Origin: Craspedostauros australis
Lineage: Eukaryota
Assembly (NCBI GenBank): GCA_030167865.1
Contig: JALAGF010003335.1
Coordinates: 62,001 to 124,493 of the forward strand
DNA length: 62,493 bases
Reading direction: 5' to 3'
Part shown: in pieces, positions 24,211 to 34,721 of the stretch
Numbering within the stretch: position 1 is the stretch's first letter
Layout: each line of letters opens with the position of its first letter
Notes under the pieces: model-generated
Database searches by the model: none
What the model was told of the DNA's origin: nothing
What the model saw: the letters and a program-made list of their open reading frames with translations, nothing else
Position numbers and translations under genes: made by a program

Positions 24211-24971
24211 ACAGGGACGCGCGGATCTTAACTTCAGCTGGATCTTGCCGTCTCATTCATTCACCCATGGCATTTCGTTGGATGCTTGCATAGATGGGTT
24301 GCCGATCAGACTGCATTTGCGTGGAGTTCTTTGGATGAGTCCGGAGGTATGGCCAAGAGAGGATATGCTGCCGTTCGCTCGATGTGCTCATCATTCGTAC
24401 TCGTGGGTCGGTTCGCTTTCTACTCTCGCGATTCTTGTTGCATGAGAGCAAAGCGAAGTTGGATGAGGTTGTCGAACTGAAGTACCGACGTGTATGGGGA
24501 AGATAGAGAAGGTATACCAACGCGATGCGTCGCTCAGCTTGGCTTCTGGTTGCCTCGACATGCTCGCGCCATTTGCGCCTCTGCGCACTCAGTCGCGTGC
24601 GGAATGTCTGCCCTTCGTCCTTCGTCTTCTGTTTTTGTCGTGATTGGTATCTTTGCCATCATGAGCAATTCCGGAGCCACAAGAACTCACGGACACATAG
24701 AATTCAGAGAGAAGCAACCTCCAAACCGGCGTGTTGCCTTCCTTGTTCCGAATCGCGAGGGAAGAGCACCATTTGTGGTGACCATTGTGGTGATCTGTGA
24801 TAACCGTTGAGACTGCGGCTCTCCGAAAATGCAATAAAAGCTTCCCCCCTGCCTCCGATCCTCATCAACTTCGACGTGACCCGAAGCTTCGAAGCAACGC
24901 ATAACACAACTCAAGTCGACACAACGTGATATCCAGCGAACAAAGACCAAAGAGACGACACAAGACGCAGC

Positions 24972-27458
24972 ATGACACAACGGCAACGATCGCAAGAGAC
25001 GCAAAGATCATCTCTTCTCACTATTTTTGAACAGAAGCAAAGGCAAAGCCCACCAACAGCGGCAACAGCAGCAGCAGCAACAGCAACGACAGTAGCACCA
25101 GCAACAACAATGGCACAACCCAAACCCAACGGCACCGGCAAACACCACAATGGCACGGCAGCCAACCCTTCGTCTGCCGTTGGCAATGGCAACAAGAAGA
25201 AGAAACGCGGGGCCACCTTTGCATCGCAGCAGAGCCTGCCACGATTGCCCATCCCGACCTTGGACGAGACGATGGACAAGCTCCTGGAGCATCTCAAGCC
25301 GTTGCATGACGAGGACGATGTCGCGAACAACGGCCGAGCATGGATGGAGACGCAGGCCATGCTGGAAGAATTCAAGACCAATGACGGCCCGAAGCTGCAG
25401 CAAATGCTGCTGGACTACGATCAGGAAGGCAAGGAGGACGGGACGGTAGGATCCTACGTCGAGGCATTCTGGAACGATGCCTACCTCGTGCCGGATGCCT
25501 CCGTCGTCCTCAACCTCAACCCCTTCTTCGTGCTGGAGGACAGCCCGGATCCCAAGATCGCCAACGAGCCCATCCTGCGCGCCGCCTCCCTTTGCTTCGC
25601 GGCCGTCAAGATGGTGTCGCAGCTGCGCAAGGAGGAGATGGCACCGGATGTCATCAGGGGCAGACAGCTCTGCATGGACCAATTCCGATTCCTCTTCGGC
25701 GTGTCGAGGGTGCCGCGCAAGGATTCCAAGGACACGGTGCACGTCTACGACCAAAGCAACCACATCGCCGTGCTGCGACGCGGTCAGATGTTCTACTTCC
25801 AAGTCCTCTGGCCCAACGGCGACGTCGCGGTCGACGACGAGGATCTGCGCGACATCCTGCGTGCCATCGATCGTCACGCATCGGCGACGCCGGTCATCAA
25901 AATGTCGAAGACGGCGCTGGGCGTCCTCACCAGCCTGTCTCGCAAGGAATGGGCCCGCGCTCGCGACGACATGATCGACTTTGACGCCGACAACCGCGAG
26001 GCTCTCCAGATCGTCGATTCGGCCCTCTTCGTTCTCGTGCTCGACGACTACATCCCGAAATCGATCAACGACGCAGCGGCCAACATGCTACACGGGTCGT
26101 ACGAGCTGATGGCGGACAGCGACGGCATGGATGTCCAGGTCGGCACGTGTTGCAATCGTTGGTACGACAAGCTGCAGATCATCGTTTGCGGCGACGGCAC
26201 GGCCGGCATCAACTTTGAACACTCCGCGATCGACGGCCACACGGCGTTGCGTTTCGTATCCGACGTCTACGCCGAGACCGTCATCTCGTTCGCCAAGTCC
26301 ATCACCAAATCCATCCAAGCGCATGGCTCCTCCATCGCGAACGTCATCCACGCCAACGTGCGCCGTGCTGCCACCGTCCTGGACGCCAACAACCGCGCCA
26401 CGCTCGATGTCTTCCCCAAACGCGTTCCCTTCGCCCTGCCCGACAACGTCCTGAAGCAGATCTACTACGCCGAAACCGCCTTGGGCGATCAGATCTCCGC
26501 CAGCGACACGAAGACCCTCGAATTCAAGGGCTTCGGCAAGCTCTTCGTGGTGGGCAACAAGTTCAGCCCAGACTCCGTCGTCCAGATGAGCATGATGCTG
26601 GCGTACTACAAACTCTACGGCAAGGTCGTCTGCACGTACGAACCGGTCATGACGAAAACATTCTATCATGGGCGCACGGAGGGAATGAGATCGGCAACAG
26701 CGGAAGTCAACCAACTCTGCAAGCTCTGGTGCGACGAATCTGCCACGACCGAGCAGAAGGTTGACGCGCTGCGCGTCGCGACGACGAAGCACAGCACGCT
26801 GATCCGCGAATGCGCCAAAGGCAAGGGCGTGGACCGCCATCTCTACGCGCTGAAGTGCATCGCGGAAAAGGAAGGCGTCACGCCGTTCCCCAAGTTCTTC
26901 GATTCGGAGCCATGGAAGCGCCTCAACCACACCATCCTCTCGACGTCCAACTGCGGCAACCCGTCCCTGCGATTGTTCGGGTTCGGTCCCGTGGTTTCGG
27001 ACGGATTCGGAGTCGGCTACATCATCAAGGATCACAGCATCCAGTATTCCATCTCCAGCAAGCACCGGCAGACGAAGCGATACACCGACTCGTTGCAATC
27101 CGTGCTGATGGAGATCCATGACATGCTGAAAAAGGACTCCAAGTTCCACGTCGAGCCCAAGGCAAGGCCCACGTTGCAGGAGGTCGGACCCATCGTTGGG
27201 TACGACACCTACGGCGATATCTGGGGAGAGAGCACACCGGTCAAGATGGAGATCACCGATGCTGCGATCCACGTGGGGGCAGACCAAGTCAAGGTCGTCG
27301 CCAACTCCGATGATGGCACGAGCAGCGAGGAGCCCGACGAGGAATTGCACACGTTTCCCAACTTGCTGCGGCAGGAGAGCCTGGAGTACTCCAGGCTGTC
27401 TCGCAAGAGCAAGTCGCTGTCCCTCGATGATTTCGAAGGTGTCGGGGCCTTGAGTTGA
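24972..27458 (+). CDS. Choline/carnitine O-acyltransferase
   Basis: LPRLPIPTL, LCMDQF, CNRWYDK, catalytic NFEHSAIDG, YHGRTE, GKGVDRHL, LSTSNCG and GFGPVVSDGFGVGY. Alternative start ATG at 25110. Confidence 0.95.
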   Translation: MTQRQRSQETQRSSLLTIFEQKQRQSPPTAATAAAATATTVAPATTMAQPKPNGTGKHHNGTAANPSSAVGNGNKKKKRGATFASQQSLPRLPIPTLDETMDKLLEHLKPLHDEDDVANNGRAWMETQAMLEEFKTNDGPKLQQMLLDYDQEGKEDGTVGSYVEAFWNDAYLVPDASVVLNLNPFFVLEDSPDPKIANEPILRAASLCFAAVKMVSQLRKEEMAPDVIRGRQLCMDQFRFLFGVSRVPRKDSKDTVHVYDQSNHIAVLRRGQMFYFQVLWPNGDVAVDDEDLRDILRAIDRHASATPVIKMSKTALGVLTSLSRKEWARARDDMIDFDADNREALQIVDSALFVLVLDDYIPKSINDAAANMLHGSYELMADSDGMDVQVGTCCNRWYDKLQIIVCGDGTAGINFEHSAIDGHTALRFVSDVYAETVISFAKSITKSIQAHGSSIANVIHANVRRAATVLDANNRATLDVFPKRVPFALPDNVLKQIYYAETALGDQISASDTKTLEFKGFGKLFVVGNKFSPDSVVQMSMMLAYYKLYGKVVCTYEPVMTKTFYHGRTEGMRSATAEVNQLCKLWCDESATTEQKVDALRVATTKHSTLIRECAKGKGVDRHLYALKCIAEKEGVTPFPKFFDSEPWKRLNHTILSTSNCGNPSLRLFGFGPVVSDGFGVGYIIKDHSIQYSISSKHRQTKRYTDSLQSVLMEIHDMLKKDSKFHVEPKARPTLQEVGPIVGYDTYGDIWGESTPVKMEITDAAIHVGADQVKVVANSDDGTSSEEPDEELHTFPNLLRQESLEYSRLSRKSKSLSLDDFEGVGALS

Positions 27459-27925
27459 GCCGCGCTGAATTGGGCACGGCTGTAGGTGCAGCAGACTGAC
27501 ATACGCTCGGGGACTACTCTACATATGCATAAATGCAGGGAAGGAACGCTCTCTGGAGACTCATTGAATATTCTACTTGGCGTACACATAGAGTAATCAT
27601 GTCCAGAGCACGTTGTGCTGCGGATGATGTTTAAGTCTGCTTTGTTTAAAATTGCTCGTTGGAGGAATACAAGGACGGCACAAAGAATGCAAACGAGGGG
27701 AACGTTGTACTCGCGCCAGCTGCCTTGTTTGCTCGGGTCTCCGGCATTTGTTGGGTTTCAATCTGTGATCCGGACGTGCCGCACTCCAACCACGCCGCAT
27801 GGGTTGTTCGAGAGACCTCCGGGTACTCAACGTAGCTTAGCATAGAGCGGAGCTTCGCAGGGAGTCGAGTATCGCGAACTCAAAGCTCGAATACTAGTCG
27901 TACGCAACTGCTGTGCATACGCGCT

Positions 27926-28360
27926 CTAAAATTCATCCAAAACTTCGGGTGGAATCGCGCCGATACCTTCCAACGCGGCGGCACGTTTCTTGGTGAGCTT
28001 GGTCTTCTTTCCCGAATTGAGATGCTTGTAGCTTTGTATCTGCTCCGTCAACCACGGCCCCAGCGGTTCTTCCTCCGGCGGAACCTGACAGTGCCCATTC
28101 TCATCCTTGTACTGCGACAGCTTGTCAAAGAACGGCTGCCACTTTTCGTGATTCTGCCGTGGCCGTTTTCGCTTCTCCGCTTTGACGTGCAATGCGGTGC
28201 TGCGCGGCAGTATTCTGGCATCGGCTATCCTTGTCGTCGCGGCTGGCGTCACGAGGAAGGCAGTCGCGACGTGGGACAGCATGAGGCAGAATGCTGTCAA
28301 GAGCATGGTGGCGCGGTTGCTGCTCATGGTTTGGCTCATTGCTTTCGTCGGGCGCTCCAT
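27926..28360 (-). CDS. Small helicase-associated (HA) domain protein with bipartite plastid-type presequence
   Basis: WQPFFDKLSQYKDENGHCQVP...LGPWLTEQ...LTKKRAAALEGIG fits the HA repeat pattern. The hydrophobic signal ends in ATA-FLV. Several in-frame ATGs make the start uncertain. Confidence 0.75.
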   Translation of the reverse strand: MERPTKAMSQTMSSNRATMLLTAFCLMLSHVATAFLVTPAATTRIADARILPRSTALHVKAEKRKRPRQNHEKWQPFFDKLSQYKDENGHCQVPPEEEPLGPWLTEQIQSYKHLNSGKKTKLTKKRAAALEGIGAIPPEVLDEF

Positions 28361-28919
28361 GAATAAGCTTCTCGTCGTGTGGACTGCAGAGTATTGTTAT
28401 GGCAACAGAAGAGATTGCGATGATGGCTCTGGTGGATACACAGGAGTGGATGTTTGTAAAGTAAGCGTCGTACGACTATGAAGTGGTTGTGTCGATGCGG
28501 GTGCTGTTCTGATTGACCAGGGAAGCAGGATGGGATGATGGGGTTGTTGATGGCTGTGATTTGCGCAGAGACGCCAACGTTTGTTGGATTGGTTGGCTGA
28601 ACGAAACTCGTGTGGGGCATCACGAGAGAAAGCAGTTGTGATTGGTGTCTGGCCTTCGTTCGTGTCGTGGCAGCCGCACAAACACAACAACCAACATCGG
28701 AACCTTCTCGTGTCACAACAACACACACAACGCGCAACGCCCATCACTTCACAATCTTTTGCCACCACAGAACAAAATGCAGATCATCGCACGCCACACC
28801 AAACTCGCACTCGGAGGTATGGAACGATTATCTGAGACGACTACCAAAGAGCACAGCTGACAAAAGCGACCGTGCCAACAGGCAGCAGTGACAACAGGAA
28901 CAACAACCCAAGTGCATTC

Positions 28920-29630
28920 ATGGTTCGCCATAAGACAAGATGGTTGCTGGTGGACTTGGACTTTGGTCAGCCGCGCGACGTGTTGGACAGGGACCAAAGG
29001 AACACCATCACAGGCAAAGACCAAAAGCCCAGAGGCTTTCCGACGAAGCGCGAGCTCTTGTACACCATCCAACAGAGCATGGAAGCCAGCTTTGGCCTGG
29101 CGTTGTCAAGCGTCATAAATGATGTGCACGGTGAGTTCATTCTGCCACGATCGTGCCAGCGATTATCTGCGTCGGGCGAACTCATCTATGTGCGAGCATG
29201 ACACTCACATTCGTTGTCTAAATTGCGAATTCGTCGGTATCCTACCAAACACACGCCCCCGTTTCCCCAACGCACAGTCCGATGCTGTGACGAGACAACA
29301 CGGCTCGTCCTGCTGCGGGTGCCTCGCGAATACGCAATGAAGATTCGCGCATCCATCACGTTGCTGACACATTGTCTGTTGGAAGACGAGGAACGCAACA
29401 AGGTGGGATCCACGCGCATGGTCGCATCAGTTCTCTCGCTGCATGGCTCTGCCCGCACTGCAAAGGTCGCGACCATCCGGCGCATGCAGGAAATGTACCG
29501 ACGTTCGATTCAGAAACGGCAGACGAAGTTGAGCATCGGCGAAGATGATGCCCGTGCGCAAATGAAGAAGTCCAGTGACGATTGCGAAGACTTGCGGGAA
29601 CGCATCCAGGTGATTCAAGGCATTGATTGA
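28920..29630 (+). CDS. POP5: RNase P/MRP protein subunit POP5 (Rpp14/Pop5 family), 2 exons, about 187 aa
   Basis: The N-terminus MVRHKTRWLLV resembles the Pop5 MVR-K-RYLL signature. Exons 28920-29130 and 29278-29630 (GTGAG...CAG, phase 1) give VRCCDETTRLVLLRVPREYAMKIRASITLLT...LHGSART. Confidence 0.85.
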
Positions 29631-29642
29631 AAGAAAACGCAA

Positions 29643-30300
29643 CTAAATAAATAACAAATAAATAAATGAATAAGCGCAAGGATTAGATTACCTCTGCGGC
29701 ATCTGCGCCGTAGGTGCTTGTCTCCGCCTCTTTTCAACTTCCTGCTGCGCGGGAAGAGAGCACGGATTCCATGTTGCTTGGTTGGTATGCATGTCATCGC
29801 TAGGCCTTCGGCCCGCGCTGACCAGTTAAGCACCCTCAGGATCGTATTGAACATGCTGCTTGTACCGGATGCAGCGGCTTAGTATGCCATAGGCAGCTGG
29901 CTCCTCTAGCAGTCTCACTGCTAGCTCCAACCAGACTGTGACTTATTGCACTAGTGCTGTGCTTTCTGGAACCGTGCAGACAATTCGCTCTCGGCTGGGG
30001 TGGACTTCCTTGAGGCGACACTGGGCTGAAGCTGCTGGTTGTCGCGGAGTTTGCTCCATTTCGACTACATCCGAGTCTTCTTGACGAAACTGCGCTTCGT
30101 TCCAAAGCTGCCACTACTCCCAAACGATTCTTCAGATATGTCAAATTAAATGTGTGGACCACTTGTTTGCCATCTTTCTTGTCTCTTGCTGCTGCAGGAA
30201 GTTGTCCTGCAGGTTACCACATTCCTTGGATAGCAATCCCTTCTGCAGGGCTTTCCTTCCCACATACTCTTGACTGTCCACCGCTGATTGCATACCAGGA
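29643..30300 (-). mobile_element. Decayed 3' fragment of a non-LTR (LINE-like) retrotransposon with a (TTTA)-rich tail
   Basis: The minus frame from 30293 reads MQSAVDSQEYVGRKALQKGLLSKECGNLQDNF...ANKWSTHLI*HI*RIVWE*WQLWNE. This resembles the Q..IGW..G.LS..W...W...LI..LW...W..W..RN C-terminal motif of LINE ORF2 proteins. The fragment ends in ttattcatttatttatttgttatttattta. Confidence 0.65.
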
Positions 30301-30362
30301 CTCTGTCGAGCTGTACATGCGTGTATATGTCAAGATGTACGTGTATATGTGCATCGTTCACC

Positions 30363-31057
30363 TGTTGTTCTCTCATACAAGTTCAGACGGTAAAACTACA
30401 TTCGTGTCAATAGTATGCTGTGATTCGTCAGAATTACAGTGGAAATGGAACACACGAAAATGAGCAGAATTTCTGGAGGAAATTTGCAATCGACGATTTC
30501 TGAGAGAATNNNNNNNNNNNNNNNNNNNNNNNNNNNNNNNNNNNNNNNNNNNNNNNNNNNNNNNNNNNNNNNNNNNAACTAAACCTCAGATGACGATATC
30601 ATCTGACAGACTGCTGCATCACCAATGGAACATGACATCTGGAGAGCAGAAGGACGCCTACTGACATCGACAGGATGTCATCGTGTCACTACGTCGACAT
30701 CTGTCTCCAAGTCAGAGCCGGAGGCGAAGATCCGATGACCAAAGGGCATCAAGATCATGGATACGGGAGATGAACTTCAAATGGTAAGTACTCATGGAGT
30801 AGGAACCAGTACTGAATGAACAGAGTGTCGAATGCGGAGCACGCATCGAACATGGAGTATCGTGTATCGCAAGTACACGATGTTGAGAGAAAGAGAGAAT
30901 ACAAAGAGTAGCAAGAGAGCATCTCGCGTACCGACTCATAGTCGGAGACTCAATCTACGAAACAGATAAACGCGCCGAGAGCATCGGGCAAGAGAGCATA
31001 CACCGAGAGGATCGGAGTCTCAGCGGAATGAAATAGCAAACAGACCGACTATCAACA
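30363..31057. mobile_element. Possible LTR or collapsed LTR retrotransposon spanning the gap
   Basis: The segment is bounded by TGTTG (30363) and TCAACA (31057), is purine-rich and non-coding, and contains the scaffold gap. The flanks do not form a matching target-site duplication. Confidence 0.3.
30510..30576. other. Assembly gap (67 N)
   Basis: Run of N in the sequence. Confidence 0.99.
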
Positions 31058-31847
31058 ATACAGTCTTCCACGATTGTAGGCTTCCAATCACGGAACTTGC
31101 CAACACAGTTCTAATATTGCCAGAGGACAGACTACCCTCCTTGTGGTAGGACTGATATCAATCACGTTCATGTCCTTAATCATGGCCGTAATGACATGGT
31201 ATTCAAAGGTATGACGAATAATGTTGGGAGGTGCGGCAATCATGGATATTCCGAAAAAGTTGCACCCTCGATTCCTAACCTGAGTTGTCCGAGGACAATC
31301 TCGGACCTGTATTTTCGATGAATACGACTAGTAAGTGGTAAGAAGTACAGAGAAAGCTGTCATTTGCCACGATTGTCATGGAGCGCATGTCATCTACTCT
31401 GAGCAGGGGAAGATTCCTTCGCATGCTTCCCAGCGGCATTTGGTGCAGCCTCCTGTCCGGAGAAGCGGATCACAAGCACAAGCATGGATCCACATTTGCA
31501 CCGTGCACTAACACTTCGGTTCGAGAGAAGTTGGACGAGGAGGCAGACTGAGAATGAGAGAGTGATTCATCCTCACAACGTTTCCGTAGCCCTTTTCACC
31601 AAACTTCCTGAGGGGCATGATCTTTATGATTGTATGTGAATGACATGTGATCGAATTCACCCTCCCCCAGGCGCGAAACTGGTTCTGAAACTCAATTAGG
31701 CCATGAAAAGCAGCGTTTGGACCTGAGGGAAGAATGTGAAACGATGTCACCGTGCGAAAAGATCGACCGCAGTTTTGGAATGTTATTGGTAACACAAGTC
31801 CAAGCTGACTTTTTCGCCCAAAATCAACAACGCAGCAGCATCTTGTA

Positions 31848-31921
31848 GCTTGCGTAGCTCAGCTGGTTAGAGCGTGGGTCTAATAAACCCAAGGTCGTGG
31901 GTTCGATCCCCACCGCGAGTA
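31848..31921 (+). tRNA. trnI-AAT: tRNA-Ile (anticodon AAT), copy 1
   Basis: Cloverleaf with acceptor GCTTGCG/CGCGAGT, D arm TAGCTCAGCTGGTTAGAGC, anticodon arm TGGGT-CTAATAA-ACCCA and T arm GTGGG-TTCGATC-CCCAC. A TTTT tract follows. Confidence 0.97.
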
Positions 31922-32727
31922 TGTCTTTTGGAAAATGCGGTAGGAGGCGTGTGTTGCTTTTGTCCTGCCGCGAGACGACAGCACCCAGTCCAACATCACT
32001 GCGCTGCCTCCTCGTGCACATCCAGCTAGGTTCATTTTTGTAAACGCCAACTCGCAAGAGACAGGGTCAGGAGGTTCCATCGGTGCCCCGAAACATCGCA
32101 GAGTACGCACGTTTTCAATCTCTCTCTCCCACACACGAACGCCAAGCCGAAACTTGGAACAGGCAGGAGAGACGATCATGTGAAGCCAAGAGGGAGGACT
32201 TGTGTTCGTATTGGAGTGGAAAGGATGGGTATGTGGACATGACGTGTATCTCAGGAGGCGCCAGTTCTCGATCTCGTCACTCTCACGACGAGTCCACGTC
32301 TGAAATGAAACCAGGACATACCATAGTGGGACGCACTATAAATTGACACACTGTAATTTGACGCCACTTCGCGGGACTGAGATTGATCAGTGACAGCGGC
32401 GATGACGAATGCGGACACAAGTCGTCGTAACGGAAGAAATCCGTGGCAGCCAACTGTTGCTGTGGACCCTGACTCCACAAGACGTATCGGCTGGGTTGGA
32501 TGTCTGTTTTTGTAATTGCGAGGGTTGTCCGAGAACAACCTCCGACCAGTATTTCTGACCAATACGATTTTGAAGTGATTGGCGGGCCAGTGGAAGGTGG
32601 CAACAACGACGAACCAGAAGGCCGACGAACCAAAAGGCGGTCGCATGCAACCAGGAAAGTTGGAGACGGTCATACTCACAGTTTCCAAGCCAGCGCCCAT
32701 ACATCCCTCTCATCCCACGAGATCAAC

Positions 32728-33957
32728 ATGGAGTCAGTCAGCCTCAGCGCAGCAGAGAAGATCATCGACGATGTCTGCTCGAAGAGCTTGAAATTCTGGA
32801 AGGACCATGACATCGTCCTCAAGCGATCCCAAGATACCGGTCACGCAGTGGCGACGTACTTTTCCATCGAGCTACTGTCGCCGAGCAATGACAAATCTGA
32901 CGCAGCCCACATCAGCTTCTACTTGTCGTACACAACGTGGGATGGACGCATGGTGTACCTCGATCGATTCCAACCACCCTCGATTGTTTCGGGAGCAACG
33001 TCCGAAGTTCTGGAGAAGGCCATGCTGCAGACTCTCTCCCTCATTGCCACGGGGTTGAACTGCGTTCGAGTGACGTGGAGGGTGAGTAGTGCACAAGTAT
33101 GCATTTGTGCTCTTGTTGTGTCTCCCGCATGAGAAATGTCTCAAAAAATGGAAGATTCCAACTGCATGGAGTCCCATGAATCTCACTATACTCTTTGCTC
33201 ATTGATCGTCACTCTCGTTCCTGCTGTTTTGCTCGTACAGGACATGACAATCCCCTCATGGTACACCGCCGAGGCCGAACCACATAAACCGGAAACCCTT
33301 CATGGGTGGCTGACCATCGCGATGGACAAGGAGGCGATGGTGGAATTTGCTGGCATTTCCGACGAAGACAAGGACATTTCTTCCAACACCTCTGAGATCA
33401 TTGAGGCATGCATTCTCGAAGCGCAAAAGACGCGAGCCAGTGGTGGCAACGACATATCTGTACGTCCAGCGACGGCCGCGGATGTTGGTTCCATCGAACG
33501 GTTCGTTCGAAAACTGGCAGTGTATGAGAAAGAACCAGAAGCAGTGCATGTCACGAAAGACAACTACAAGGTAGACGGCTACCCAGTTGGTCTATCCGAT
33601 GGTCTTGAATTCTTCCGCTGTTTGATGTTGGAAAAATCGATCGACGGCACAAAGGAACCAATTGGTATAGCGATGTTCTATCTCGGAAACCAGGAGGAAT
33701 TCGGGAAGCTTCTCTACTTGGAAGACCTTTTCATTGAGGAGGAACACCGCAGAGGTGGCAGCGGAACGCATGTGATGAAGATCTTGGCAAAGTGTGCGCA
33801 TGCCTTGGGCTGCAATCGCTTCTTGTGGCAAGCATTGGATTGGAATACACCAGCGCTCAATTTCTACAGCAAGATCGGCGCGAAGGTCCAAAATGGTGTC
33901 ATCACATCACGATACGCAGGCGAAGCCCTGCAGTCGTTGGCGTCGAGCGTCGAATGA
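32728..33957 (+). CDS. GNAT acetyltransferase, spermidine/diamine N-acetyltransferase-like, with two GNAT-like halves; 2 exons, about 356 aa
   Basis: Exons 32728-33081 and 33241-33957 (GTGAG...CAG, phase 0). The C-half has VRPATAADV, KLAVYEKEP, LYLEDLFIEEEHRRGGSG and WQALDWNTPALNFY. The N-half has YLSYTTWDGRMVYLD. Confidence 0.88.
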
Positions 33958-34071
33958 TGACATTGATGAGGACTTTAGTCGCCATGCAGCACGCGTATTC
34001 GTCTCGTTGGAATCGTGGCCTCCTGGGTTCAATCAGACACCACTCGTAGTATGTCAGAATATAGGCTGCCC

Positions 34072-34200
34072 CACTGATACAAGCGATCGGAGTAGCAACC
34101 CAACTGCATTCATGGTTCACCTTGAAACAAGATGGCTGCGGGTCGGCTTGAAGTTTGGTCAGCCGCGTGGTGTGTGGAAGAAGACCCAAAGGAGCACAAC
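34072..34200 (+). pseudogene. Diverged relic of the POP5 5' region and start of exon 1
   Basis: NPTAFMVHLETRWLRVGLKFGQPRGVWKKTQRST (ATG 34112) aligns with NPSAFMVRHKTRWLLVDLDFGQPRDVLDRDQRNT at about 28905-29005. Nucleotide similarity extends into the upstream leader. The rest of the gene is absent. Confidence 0.8.
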
Positions 34201-34312
34201 AGCCGATAGCCTCTGCCGAGATCAACGTGAGGCAAATGATTGGGAGATGTTAAAATATGAACTATAGGTACGCTTTGTTCCTCCGATGGCAACCACGCAA
34301 CAACCGCCTACT

Positions 34313-34386
34313 GCTTGCGTAGCTCAGCTGGTTAGAGCGTGGGTCTAATAAACCCAAGGTCGTGGGTTCGATCCCCACCGCGAGTA
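34313..34386 (+). tRNA. trnI-AAT: tRNA-Ile (anticodon AAT), copy 2
   Basis: All 74 nt are identical to copy 1, and a TTTT tract follows. Confidence 0.97.
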
Positions 34387-34721
34387 TAACTTTTGGGAGA
34401 GACGCGCGGAAGCGGACGCTATTTTGCTCTGGTGCGAGACGACAGCACACAGTCCGTCATCGATGAGCTCCCTCTCCACGTATTGTACCATTCCGACTGC
34501 TATGTACATCCGGCAACTTCGCTTCCTTTTGGTGCGCTCCAAGATTGACGACACAGAGGTCAAGGGATCATATCAGCGCCGTGAATATCGCAGACGGAGT
34601 CTCAACATCTACAACACACACACACAAACGCCAAGCCAATGGTGGATTGGACGACATCTATACGATTACAGGCACTGTACGAGCACAAGGGTCGAACCAA
34701 CAACTATTTGCCCGCCTGTTA

